IMG/VR virus record: IMGVR_UViG_3300020220_000040
Location: 4,541-68,540 of that record
Direction: 5' to 3' (one strand)
Origin: a virus
Length of the DNA: 64,000 bases
Part shown: positions 9,259 through 17,676 of the stretch, one piece after another
How the letters are laid out: the number at the start of each line of letters is the position of its first letter
How positions within the stretch are numbered: position 1 is the first letter of the stretch
Position numbers and translations under genes: made by a program
The notes under the pieces: generated by a model
Database searches by the model: none
The model's input: only the letters and a program-made list of their open reading frames with translations
What the model was told of the DNA's origin: nothing

Positions 9259-9710
9259 CAGGGGCTCCTGGAGGAGACCACCTGTGCGGCCTCCGACACG
9301 TCCGTGTCGAAGCAGCACGAGCGGGTATAGACGATGCGCTCGTCCTTTCCTCCCCGACGACGCACCGTGATCTCGATGCCTCCGCCGTACCCCGCATCGC
9401 GGCCCATGAACCCGGGGTCGGATGTCGGGACCCTACGGACGCGAACCACCTCAAACTCGGAGGTTGCTCGCGTCGGGTCCTCGGCACTGGTGTCCAGCAC
9501 ATGTTCGACCTTGCGCTCCCAGCCCCCTGGACGCTTCTGCGTCTCCTTCCAGTGGTGCGAACCTCCCCGACCCCCTTGGAGCGGTGATCGGACGAGAACG
9601 AGCTTCCCGCCAGGGGTGAACCGGGTGTTGTGACAGCAATGCACGAGGTGAGCCCCGAGGATGATGTCACCCACCTTCTCTTGGGTGGTGGTGGTGGTGG
9701 TGGTGCTCAC
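9258..9710 (-). CDS. Hypothetical protein with N-terminal poly-Thr
   Basis: GTG 9710 after a purine-rich RBS; (ACC)7 run; fills the operon gap. Confidence 0.6.
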   Translation of the reverse strand: MSTTTTTTTQEKVGDIILGAHLVHCCHNTRFTPGGKLVLVRSPLQGGRGGSHHWKETQKRPGGWERKVEHVLDTSAEDPTRATSEFEVVRVRRVPTSDPGFMGRDAGYGGGIEITVRRRGGKDERIVYTRSCCFDTDVSEAAQVVSSRSP

Positions 9711-9723
9711 GGAGCCCCCTCTT

Positions 9724-10458
9724 TCAGAAGGTGAGGGCCTGCGAAGGGCCGCCCGTGCCGAGAGCCTGGCTCTGGCTGCTGATGGACTTCGAGACGAAGG
9801 CCGCGAGCTTCGCGAGCCGCTTCTCGTCCGCCTCACCGATGTTCACGAACTGGGTGAACCCGGCCTGGGTGGCGAAGTCCTGGAGCATCTGGGCGAGCAT
9901 CGGGTCGGTGACGTTGACCCCGATGAGGATGCTCACGATGGACTCGAGAGCCTCGGAGGGGACGACGCGCTCGAGGGACTTCTTGACCTCGTTGACGGTC
10001 ATCTTGCCCGCGTTGTTCCCGCCGTCGGTGATGACGAACACGATGCCGTTGGCCGTGAAGTCGTTCTGCTGGAGGTCGCGACCGTAGCGGGCCACGGCAT
10101 CCACACAGTCCACGGAGGCGTCGTACAGAGCCGTCGAGCCGCCCGCCGGGATGGTGTTGTCGTAGTCGCCGGGGTTGCAGTCCTGGAGGAGCTTGAACCC
10201 GTGGACCTCGGTGAGGAGGTGGTCGAACCGGGTGTACCGGAGCATCAGGTTGTCGGCCCGGGGCGAGTGGCGGCACGCCTCGACGATGGCCTTGATGGCC
10301 TTCTCCTCCTGGCGGGCGAACCCGGCCACGGAACCGGAGCAGTCCACGGTGAGGCCGACAAGGGTGTACTCGCCGGCTCCGAGCTTCGAGATGTCCACGG
10401 CGGAGAACCCGAACGTGGAAGCCACAGGGCCGGTGGCGTCGGCAGAGAACTTGGGCAT
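9724..10458 (-). CDS. TerY-like vWA protein
   Basis: VDCSGSV, GGSTALYDA, VITDG, C-terminal FVSKSISSQSQ. Confidence 0.85.
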   Translation of the reverse strand: MPKFSADATGPVASTFGFSAVDISKLGAGEYTLVGLTVDCSGSVAGFARQEEKAIKAIVEACRHSPRADNLMLRYTRFDHLLTEVHGFKLLQDCNPGDYDNTIPAGGSTALYDASVDCVDAVARYGRDLQQNDFTANGIVFVITDGGNNAGKMTVNEVKKSLERVVPSEALESIVSILIGVNVTDPMLAQMLQDFATQAGFTQFVNIGEADEKRLAKLAAFVSKSISSQSQALGTGGPSQALTF

Positions 10459-10470
10459 GGTCGTGACTCC

Positions 10471-10484
10471 GGTAAAGCACCTAT
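10471..10484 (+). promoter_or_regulatory. Putative late promoter upstream of the endonuclease
   Basis: GGTAA-AGCA-CCTAT matches the shared motif. Confidence 0.5.
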
Positions 10485-10513
10485 ATCGCAACGGGTGTTA
10501 GCGACGGAGGTGT

Positions 10514-11473
10514 GTGGTGGGTGGTAGAAGTTGGACGTTGGGTGAAGTCGAGGGGTTCTTCCGAAAAGCCGGATGTGAACTCCTCTCGGTTGAGTACACG
10601 GGGTGCAACCAGAGGCTTCGCTACCGATGCGGATGTGGAGTGGAAGCCGAAACAGTGTTCCGAACCTTCAAACACAAGGTTGAAAAGGGTGTTCGTCGTG
10701 GTTGCGAGCATTGCGCGATCGAGCGGATGCTGGAGACCACGCGAGAAAGAAACGGCGGGCAACATCACTTTCAGACTGACGACTTCCTCCGTCGTCGGGG
10801 GGAGTCGAACCTTGCCCGGTTTGGTGTGGCAAACGTTCTTCAGAGTGCCGCGATCAAGCAAAAGCGGGTGGAGACGGTGCGTGCGCGCTACGGGGTTGAT
10901 TCGGTGAGTCAGGTGCCCGAGATACAGCAACGACAACGAGAGGGCTTCCGGGCGAAGTACGGTGTGGAACACTTCCTCCAACATCCAGAATCGGCTGCAA
11001 AGTTCCGTCGGACATTGGTGGAGCGATACGGGGCCCCGAGTCTTGCTTTTGTAAGTCGACGCTCCTCCCACGAAGCACAGAATTTCTTCGGGCTCCTGTT
11101 TGACAGGCTTCCCAAGGAACACCATGAGAAGTGCTACTTCTCCCCCCACACGCGGGAATTCAACGTCTGGAAGGACGGTGCCTACTACAAGTACGACTTC
11201 GTCCATTCCCGATTGAAGAAGGCCATTGAGTACAACGGATCCCGGTTCCACCCACGTCCTGAGCAAGACGCGGACGAGGTCGGGTGGTGCTTGTTCCGAC
11301 CCAACCGCACCGTCCGCGAGGCCCGCGAGTACGAGGAGCACAAGCTCGGTGCCCTCCGTGCTCGTGGGTTCGATGTCATGGTGGTATGGGATCATGAGGT
11401 GAAGCACGACAGGGACTCCGTCATCGCCCAGTGTCTCGCTTTTCTGCTTACGCCAGAACCTCATCGGAGTTGA
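10514..11473 (+). mobile_element. Free-standing endonuclease (Vsr/DUF559-like PD-(D/E)xK) with (K/R)YGV repeats
   Basis: RFGV/RYGV/KYGV/RYGA repeats; YDF...AIEYNG..FH; VVWDHE; antisense to the operon; lower GC. Confidence 0.75.
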
Positions 11474-12350
11474 CGACACGCATCCCCTTCGGCTGCATCT
11501 CCTTCAGGAAAGCATCTCCGAGGAAGTCGAATCCCCCGACGTTCGAGCAGCAGTCACGGATGAGCCACATTTTCTCGACGTACTTCGGGTTCGTGAATGC
11601 CGAAGCAATGTCCTTTCCCGTTGAGGCCACGCAGTGGGACAGCGCCTCGCCCGTGAACAGGATCACGTCGGCGTCCTCGAGGGTCTGGACGAGGCGGGTG
11701 TTGACCTGGGTCGCCGGGTCGGCCGGGTCCGGCACCTCGGCCATGACGCCGGAGAAGTGCTCGGTCCAGGGGTTGTTGCCCTTGACGACGTAGTTGACGC
11801 GGCCGATGAACTCACGCTCCCACCACTTCAGGGCATTCGCGAGTTCGGGGACGACGCCCCAACCCCAGGTGCCGACCACGCAGTGCTCGGTCCAGACGAT
11901 GTGGGGGTAGCGGCCACGGGCCGCGAGGGCCTGCAGGTAGCCGAACGAGCCCTTCCCGGTCGGGCCGCCCTGGTGGAGGAACGAGGGGATGGTGGTGACG
12001 TACTCCTCCTCGGTCGGGGACATGCCGAAGGCGTTCGGGCTCGAGCCGCCGGGGATGAACTTCACGACGCGGCGGCCGTCCGGGTGGATGCCGAGGCAGG
12101 TGAACGGGGCGGGCTCGGCACCGTCCGAGGCACGCTTCCACCAGCGGGGACGCTCGATGCCGACGGTCTGGTGGGAGTCCATCGTGACGTGGATGTCGTC
12201 GATCTTGCTGCCCAGACGGCGGACCATCTTGGCGAGGCGGTTCATGTCCTGGTCGGCACCCGGAACGACGAGGGCACCCTGGTTGCCGTGGCCGTCGTCC
12301 CCGATGCAGAAGTCGTTCTGGGGATCTACCACGAAAAGATGCAAGCGCAT
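11448..12350 (-). CDS. pncA: Nicotinamidase (isochorismatase family)
   Basis: VVDPQNDFC, TMDSH, WTEHCVVGTWG, KG.NPWTEHFS, GEALSHCV. Confidence 0.85.
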   Translation of the reverse strand: MRLHLFVVDPQNDFCIGDDGHGNQGALVVPGADQDMNRLAKMVRRLGSKIDDIHVTMDSHQTVGIERPRWWKRASDGAEPAPFTCLGIHPDGRRVVKFIPGGSSPNAFGMSPTEEEYVTTIPSFLHQGGPTGKGSFGYLQALAARGRYPHIVWTEHCVVGTWGWGVVPELANALKWWEREFIGRVNYVVKGNNPWTEHFSGVMAEVPDPADPATQVNTRLVQTLEDADVILFTGEALSHCVASTGKDIASAFTNPKYVEKMWLIRDCCSNVGGFDFLGDAFLKEMQPKGMRVVNSDEVLA

Positions 12351-12353
12351 GTG

Positions 12354-13205
12354 CTACTCCTTCGGAAGCAAGTGCTTCCAAGTGCGGTTGTGGACGATGG
12401 CGGCCACCGTCCCGGGGGCGATGTTGAAACGTTGGGCGAGCGACACCTGTGCTTCGCCTTCCTTGAAGGCGGCTCGGATCTGAAGGACATCTCCGTCTCT
12501 CAACTTGGAGAGATGGTGTCCCGATCCCCGCTTGCGCTTGGTGATCAGGCTGTCACGGTGAGGCACCGACTTCTGCGGAGGTCGAGACACGGCATCTTCC
12601 GGCGACCACCCGTTCTTGAGCCGGTATTCCAACGACTGGACAGTGATGCCGACCTCCTCCGCCCACTGTGTGAAGGGCTTGGTGACACCTTCGACGGTGA
12701 GGAACCTCGTGGAGGAGGTGTTGCGGGCCTGTTCTTTGGGTGTGGCCCACCGGACGTTGTGGGGCTCATAGTTCCCGTTGTTGTCGATGCGATCGAGCGA
12801 GTGTTTCGGGGAAGGTCGAGGCCCCATATCTGCGAGGAACTGATCGAAGCTCTTGTCCCACGCCGCACACACCTGAGCCCGATTCCCATAGAGGTAGAAG
12901 CTCTGGTTCCTCGGATCTGAGCACCTCCGACGCATATTCATCCAGATGCGATACTCGGGGCGGTAGCTGCGGGGGAGCGGGCTTTCCGTTGGGAGATGGG
13001 TTGAAGCACCCACTTCCGCCAAATCAACGGTGGGCACTACCTGAGCCCACGCCCCATACTTCTGTGAGAAGAATCCGATGGGACAGACTTCCACACCTTC
13101 CCGCACGAACGAGTCCGCGAGAACTACAGCATCTCGGACGTGCGCCGTTCGGGCTTTGCGGGATGGGGCGGAAGTCAGTTGCACGAAAGTCCCTCTTTTG
13201 AGCAT
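12354..13205 (-). mobile_element. HNH-type homing endonuclease
   Basis: EYRIW..MRRRC, YG, F..DMG.RP..HSLDRIDNNGNYEP.NVRWAT..EQARN; C-terminal HTH. Confidence 0.85.
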
Positions 13206-13236
13206 TGTGTGAAGCCTCCGTAGGGAGACTATCACA

Positions 13237-14262
13237 TCAGACCGGAAGCTCGTTGGTGAGGATGCCCGCTTTGACCAACGACGCGCGGTCACCGAGGGCC
13301 GGGCAGTTGGGGTTCATCTTGTGGCGGGTGGCCGCCTCGACCCGCCGGGCGTTCGTGAGGAGCGTGGTGACCACGTTCTCGGGGATGTTCGCGAACATGG
13401 ACAAGCGGGGGGCGACCTCGTTCAGGCTGAGGAAGGCCAGGGACTCGGAACTGTCCCCGAACAGGACTTCACCGGCCCTCCCGTCGGTCCCGTCGCAGAA
13501 GCGGTGCAGCCGCTCGATGAGGCCGACGTTCTTGTAGGCCCCCGTCTCCACGTCCACGTAGGAGTAGAACGGGATGCCACAGCCCTTGAGGCCGAGGTAG
13601 GACGCGATCTCCTCCTCGTCGTTGTGCTGGTCGCCGACGCCCCACAGGTCGGGGGACGGACGGGCGGTCAGGATGGAGCGGGGGACACCGAGGGCGATGC
13701 CCAACTGGAACACCTCGCCCTTCGACAGCATCGAGATCGGGTTGGAGTCGACCTCGCCGTCGCCGCCCTTCTGGTAGAAGCGGAGGACACGGTCCTCGTC
13801 CTCGTTGCCCGTGCCGTGGCGGATGCCCCCGCCCGAGAGGCGGTTGGCGGCCCGACCCCAGGGGGCACGGAGGGTGGAGCGGATGGAGCCGAGGATGGTC
13901 GGGTCCTTCTTGATCCGGGTGAAGATGTCCGCCTCGGAGTACCCGGCCCGCGTCATCGCGGTGAGCATGGTCTGGTACAGGGTGTCGAACAGGAACGTGC
14001 CGTCGAACTCGATGAGCTTGACCCCGAACGCCTGGGCACACTCCCGAGCCCGAGCGAGAGCGTCCGGGTTGGAGTTGATGCCGAGGAAGGCTGCGGTCAC
14101 GTTCTCGGGGCCGAGAGCACGGGAGAGGAGCCCGAGCATCACCGCCGAATCCACACCTCCGGAGAGGTCCAGTTCCGCCCGGGTCTGACCTGCCTTCTGG
14201 TGCATGTCGCGGATCGCCGCGACGCGGTTGTCGATGAGGGCCTGCGGGTTGAGGACGGGCAT
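13237..14262 (-). CDS. nadE: NH3-dependent NAD+ synthetase
   Basis: LSGGVDSAV, GTGN..E, FYQKGGDG, PI..LSK.EV, PSPDLW. Confidence 0.9.
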   Translation of the reverse strand: MPVLNPQALIDNRVAAIRDMHQKAGQTRAELDLSGGVDSAVMLGLLSRALGPENVTAAFLGINSNPDALARARECAQAFGVKLIEFDGTFLFDTLYQTMLTAMTRAGYSEADIFTRIKKDPTILGSIRSTLRAPWGRAANRLSGGGIRHGTGNEDEDRVLRFYQKGGDGEVDSNPISMLSKGEVFQLGIALGVPRSILTARPSPDLWGVGDQHNDEEEIASYLGLKGCGIPFYSYVDVETGAYKNVGLIERLHRFCDGTDGRAGEVLFGDSSESLAFLSLNEVAPRLSMFANIPENVVTTLLTNARRVEAATRHKMNPNCPALGDRASLVKAGILTNELPV

Positions 14263-15749
14263 TACTGCCTCCGGGTGTTGATGGAGTGCATACGCGAAAG
14301 CCGCAAGTTCTGAACCAGAGTCTGAGTGGCGGGGCTCAAAGCGAGTCCCGGCTTCCGAGCGGCGAAGGATTGGGCTTCCCTTGCCGTGAAGTGAACGTGG
14401 CTGGGGATTCGGTCCGCCCCAGAGAGCCGCTCGAAGTCGCGAGACATCTCCTCGCCTTCTTGGGCGACGATGCCGGTGGGGCCTTGGTACTCGGCCGAAC
14501 CGAGACGAGGGCGGTACAGCACCGGCTGACCGGGGATGGACTCTTTCCCCGCTCCGGGCTCATCCCCGAACTTCATGGTCGGGGTCGGGCCGCTCTGCGT
14601 GAGCTTGTAGACCGCCGCCACCCGGTCGCGGGTGAGCGGGTCGTTGGGGGCCTTCACGATGTAGCCGCCGTAGCCGTAGAGCACGTCCTCGGCGGGGACT
14701 TCGAGCATCTTCCGCAGCGTCTCGAACTCCTCGGTCATCTCCTGGTTGAAGGAGTCCTCGAGGATGAACCGGGGACGGATGCCCATCCCACGAGCCTTCA
14801 TGACCGCGTAGATGAACTGGGTGCGCTTGTCGCCCGAGTCGAACCGCACGAAGTCCCGACGAGACGGGTCCTCGGCGATGAGAGCGAACGCTTCGGGGAG
14901 GCCCGAGTCGATGGTGGAGAAGGTGTCGAGCAGGAAGCTGGTCGGGCCCGCGACACGGTCTCGCATCGCCCGGAAGGCAGCCGCGTCCGACCCGAACCGC
15001 TGGACGTGCTCGTGGCCCATGGTGCCGACAGGCGTGAGGCCGAGTTGCTTCGCCAGGTAGACGTTGCTGGTGGCCTGGAGCCCGGCTTCTTTGGCGGCGG
15101 ACAGAGCCGCGAAGTGTTGGAGGGGGCACGCCACCGAGCGCATCCCCACCTCGAAGATGCGGGTCGGGTCGCCGACCGCCTCGATCAGCCTACGAACGCG
15201 AGACTGGACGTGCTCGGTGTACGAGGCGGTATCGACGGTGATCTCGACCTTGGACTTGAAGTGGATGGCGTCGAGCGTCTCGAGGATGATGCGCTTCTGC
15301 TCGTCCGAAGTGACGGTCTTCACGACCTCGGCGAGTCGCTGCGGGTCGGTGAAGGCGAGGGTGGCGATCTGGATGCGGTAGTGGAACTGGAGAGCGAGGG
15401 GCTCGAGCCACGACACGAGGGCCGAGGGGCCCGTGACCGTGAACACGGGCTCACGGTCGAAGAACCAGGTCCCCTTGGGCAACGCCTTGATGGTGATCTG
15501 GCCTTCCTGCAAGGCAGTGAAGAAGGCCCCGCCCATCGGGTACGTCCCGTCCAGGAACTCCACGTCCTCGCGGAAGGCCCTCCCACGGCACGGACCCGGA
15601 AGGAGCTTCCGAATCTCCTCCTCGACATCGAACGGGAGGTAGTGCGGGCCGCCCTTGCGGTGGGAGTAGTAGAAGGTCTCGGTGCGAAGCGGGAATCCCG
15701 CCTCGGCCATCGAGAACTTGTATCCATCTGTTTCCAGAACGCCGGGCAT
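14262..15749 (-). CDS. pncB: Nicotinate phosphoribosyltransferase
   Basis: TDGYKFSM, TSNV, GTMGHE, LLDTF, RFDSGD, VYKL; adjacent to nadE and pncA. Confidence 0.8.
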   Translation of the reverse strand: MPGVLETDGYKFSMAEAGFPLRTETFYYSHRKGGPHYLPFDVEEEIRKLLPGPCRGRAFREDVEFLDGTYPMGGAFFTALQEGQITIKALPKGTWFFDREPVFTVTGPSALVSWLEPLALQFHYRIQIATLAFTDPQRLAEVVKTVTSDEQKRIILETLDAIHFKSKVEITVDTASYTEHVQSRVRRLIEAVGDPTRIFEVGMRSVACPLQHFAALSAAKEAGLQATSNVYLAKQLGLTPVGTMGHEHVQRFGSDAAAFRAMRDRVAGPTSFLLDTFSTIDSGLPEAFALIAEDPSRRDFVRFDSGDKRTQFIYAVMKARGMGIRPRFILEDSFNQEMTEEFETLRKMLEVPAEDVLYGYGGYIVKAPNDPLTRDRVAAVYKLTQSGPTPTMKFGDEPGAGKESIPGQPVLYRPRLGSAEYQGPTGIVAQEGEEMSRDFERLSGADRIPSHVHFTAREAQSFAARKPGLALSPATQTLVQNLRLSRMHSINTRRQ

Positions 15750-15774
15750 CTGCTTCTTCCTGTCGGGGTGTCCG

Positions 15775-15823
15775 AGTTAGTGTCACCGTTGCCGCTAACT
15801 ACCCGAGCCGGAGAAAAAGTCAA
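15775..15823 (-). promoter_or_regulatory. Putative promoter with overlapping imperfect palindrome (candidate NrtR operator)
   Basis: TTGACT-16-TAGTTA on the minus strand; palindrome AGTTAGTGTCA-ccgt-TGCCGCTAACT at 15775-15800. Confidence 0.45.
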
Positions 15824-15861
15824 ACCCCCGGGCGCAAGAAATCTGAAGCACCTACCGGGCG

Positions 15862-16134
15862 TCAGCCCTCTTTACGACGTAGAACCTGAAGATCCCACGG
15901 GTGATACCACGTCGGGACATCCGGCTCCGCCATCACGTAGACGTGCTGGTCTGCGCTGTAGACGTTCCCGCGAACTGCGAGGACTTCGTACTCTGCCCCG
16001 ACATCCTGTCCCCGGACGACACGGACGACGTCGCCCACGCCAGGGATGGTGAGTAGGGAACCCGCGAACCGGTGCTTCAGGGTGCGATTGTCGATGGCCT
16101 TGAGCATGTCATCGCGGGATTTGGACATTCGCAC
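15862..16134 (-). CDS. Hypothetical protein
   Basis: ORF with GAGG RBS. Confidence 0.55.
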   Translation of the reverse strand: MRMSKSRDDMLKAIDNRTLKHRFAGSLLTIPGVGDVVRVVRGQDVGAEYEVLAVRGNVYSADQHVYVMAEPDVPTWYHPWDLQVLRRKEG

Positions 16135-16193
16135 CTCTACCCCTCTACTCGGGAGCCTTTGTCAGTCGGTAGGGTACCGGACCGGAGGCTGCT

Positions 16194-16895
16194 ATGGGGC
16201 AAGTCGTAATCGTGGAAGGGTTGATTGGTGCCGGGAAATCCACCCTCACGCAGGAGCTTGGGGCGGCCCTCGGTCCCAACACGCTGACGCTCATGGAGCC
16301 CGACGAGAAGGACGCGGCCAACCCCTACCTGTCGGACTTCTACGGGGACAAGGAGCGGTGGTCGTTTACGATGCAGGTGCATCTCCTCGGTGCCCGGTAC
16401 AAGATGCAGCTTGCTGCCCAGTGGCACGCCATGTCAAACCGGGGTCACGCCTGTCTCGACCGTTCGTTCTACGGGGACACCTGCTTCGCCCGGATGATGA
16501 ATCGCACGGGCGAGATCAGCGACCGTGAGTTCGAGACGTACCGCATCATCTACCAGTCGATGACGGCCTCCGTGCTCCTCCCCAGTGCGTGCGTCCGACT
16601 CCGGGTCGACCCGAAGATCGCGGCGGAGCGCATCCAGCGTCGAGCTTCGGAGCGGGAGGGTCGTCGTTCGGAGTTGACCATCGACCTCGGCTACCTCGAG
16701 TCGTTGGAGAAGGAGATCGACGCCACCGTGGACGTGTTGCGGCAGCAAGGCGTCAAGATCATCGAGGTCCCCTGGTCCGAGAACCGGGGGTCCGCCGAGG
16801 AGCGGGCGGAAGGTGTCCAGGCCATCGCGGACCGGATCAACGAAGCGACGGTCCCGGACCTGTTCCTCCACTTGCACCGCCGAGTTCACCAGTGA
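16194..16895 (+). CDS. Deoxynucleoside kinase
   Basis: IVEGLIGAGKST, FY....RWSF..Q, DRSFYGD, R..R.R..E. Confidence 0.9.
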   Translation: MGQVVIVEGLIGAGKSTLTQELGAALGPNTLTLMEPDEKDAANPYLSDFYGDKERWSFTMQVHLLGARYKMQLAAQWHAMSNRGHACLDRSFYGDTCFARMMNRTGEISDREFETYRIIYQSMTASVLLPSACVRLRVDPKIAAERIQRRASEREGRRSELTIDLGYLESLEKEIDATVDVLRQQGVKIIEVPWSENRGSAEERAEGVQAIADRINEATVPDLFLHLHRRVHQ

Positions 16896-17278
16896 GTTCA
16901 GACGGAGACCACGAGGTCGTCGTTCTGGAAGTCCTCGTGCGTCGGAACAAGACCTCGGGCCAGGTGGACTCCATCCACCGGCCGCAATCCGAGGCGGATG
17001 AGAAGCTCCTGTTGTCGTGGCCGTCTGGTGGACTGGAGCAGGCAGCATTCGCGCTCCTGGTCGAGGCGGCTCGGAAAGAAGCTCTGCTCAGTGTCATCCT
17101 GGATGCCTCCAAAGACCCCCAGTGGCGGGCACGATTTCAGAGCGCCACTCCCGATGAACAAAATGCGGCGATCACCCGTTTGGCCGCCATCTTGCGCCAG
17201 GGGATGAAGGGGACACTGGAGCGCATTTCCGAGGCGGCGCTACGAGAGGCGCTGGAGGGTGTTCTACACTCCGGTTAG
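16892..17278 (+). CDS. Hypothetical protein
   Basis: GTGA overlap with the dNK stop; 3' part of the 16589 ORF. Confidence 0.6.
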   Translation: MSSDGDHEVVVLEVLVRRNKTSGQVDSIHRPQSEADEKLLLSWPSGGLEQAAFALLVEAARKEALLSVILDASKDPQWRARFQSATPDEQNAAITRLAAILRQGMKGTLERISEAALREALEGVLHSG

Positions 17279-17344
17279 TGGCGCTGCCCTTGTCGGGGGT
17301 CTTCTCTCCCCGCGTTTTGGGTAAACCACAACAGGAGGACGAAC

Positions 17345-17635
17345 ATGAACGAGAACCTGTTCCGATCCGTCCAAGCCACCCTCCTGGCTCGCTGGGATGG
17401 GAAGCTGACGGAGATCCTCGTGTGCGCCAAGAACTTCGCCCAGGGAGCGTTGAACCGGTACCGGTCCACTCCCGAGGCGAACCGTGAGGCCGAGGTCGAG
17501 AAGCTGGTGCGTGAGGCGTACATGGCCGGGTACAGGCAGGCGTACTGGGACGGCATCGTGGATTTCGCCGAGGCTTCGGTCGAGGTCAAGAACCCCGTGC
17601 GGGGTCTGATGCCCATGTCGAGCCTCGTTCACTGA
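17345..17635 (+). CDS. Hypothetical protein
   Basis: AGGAGG RBS; GC3-rich codons. Confidence 0.7.
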   Translation: MNENLFRSVQATLLARWDGKLTEILVCAKNFAQGALNRYRSTPEANREAEVEKLVREAYMAGYRQAYWDGIVDFAEASVEVKNPVRGLMPMSSLVH

Positions 17636-17676
17636 TCCTCCTATGCGACCCCTTGGGTGAGTCCAAGGAGTCGAGG

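Noticed and set aside
9684-9704. (GGT)7 microsatellite as a phase-variation site
   Set aside because: Triplet unit in frame (poly-Thr), so slippage would not switch expression
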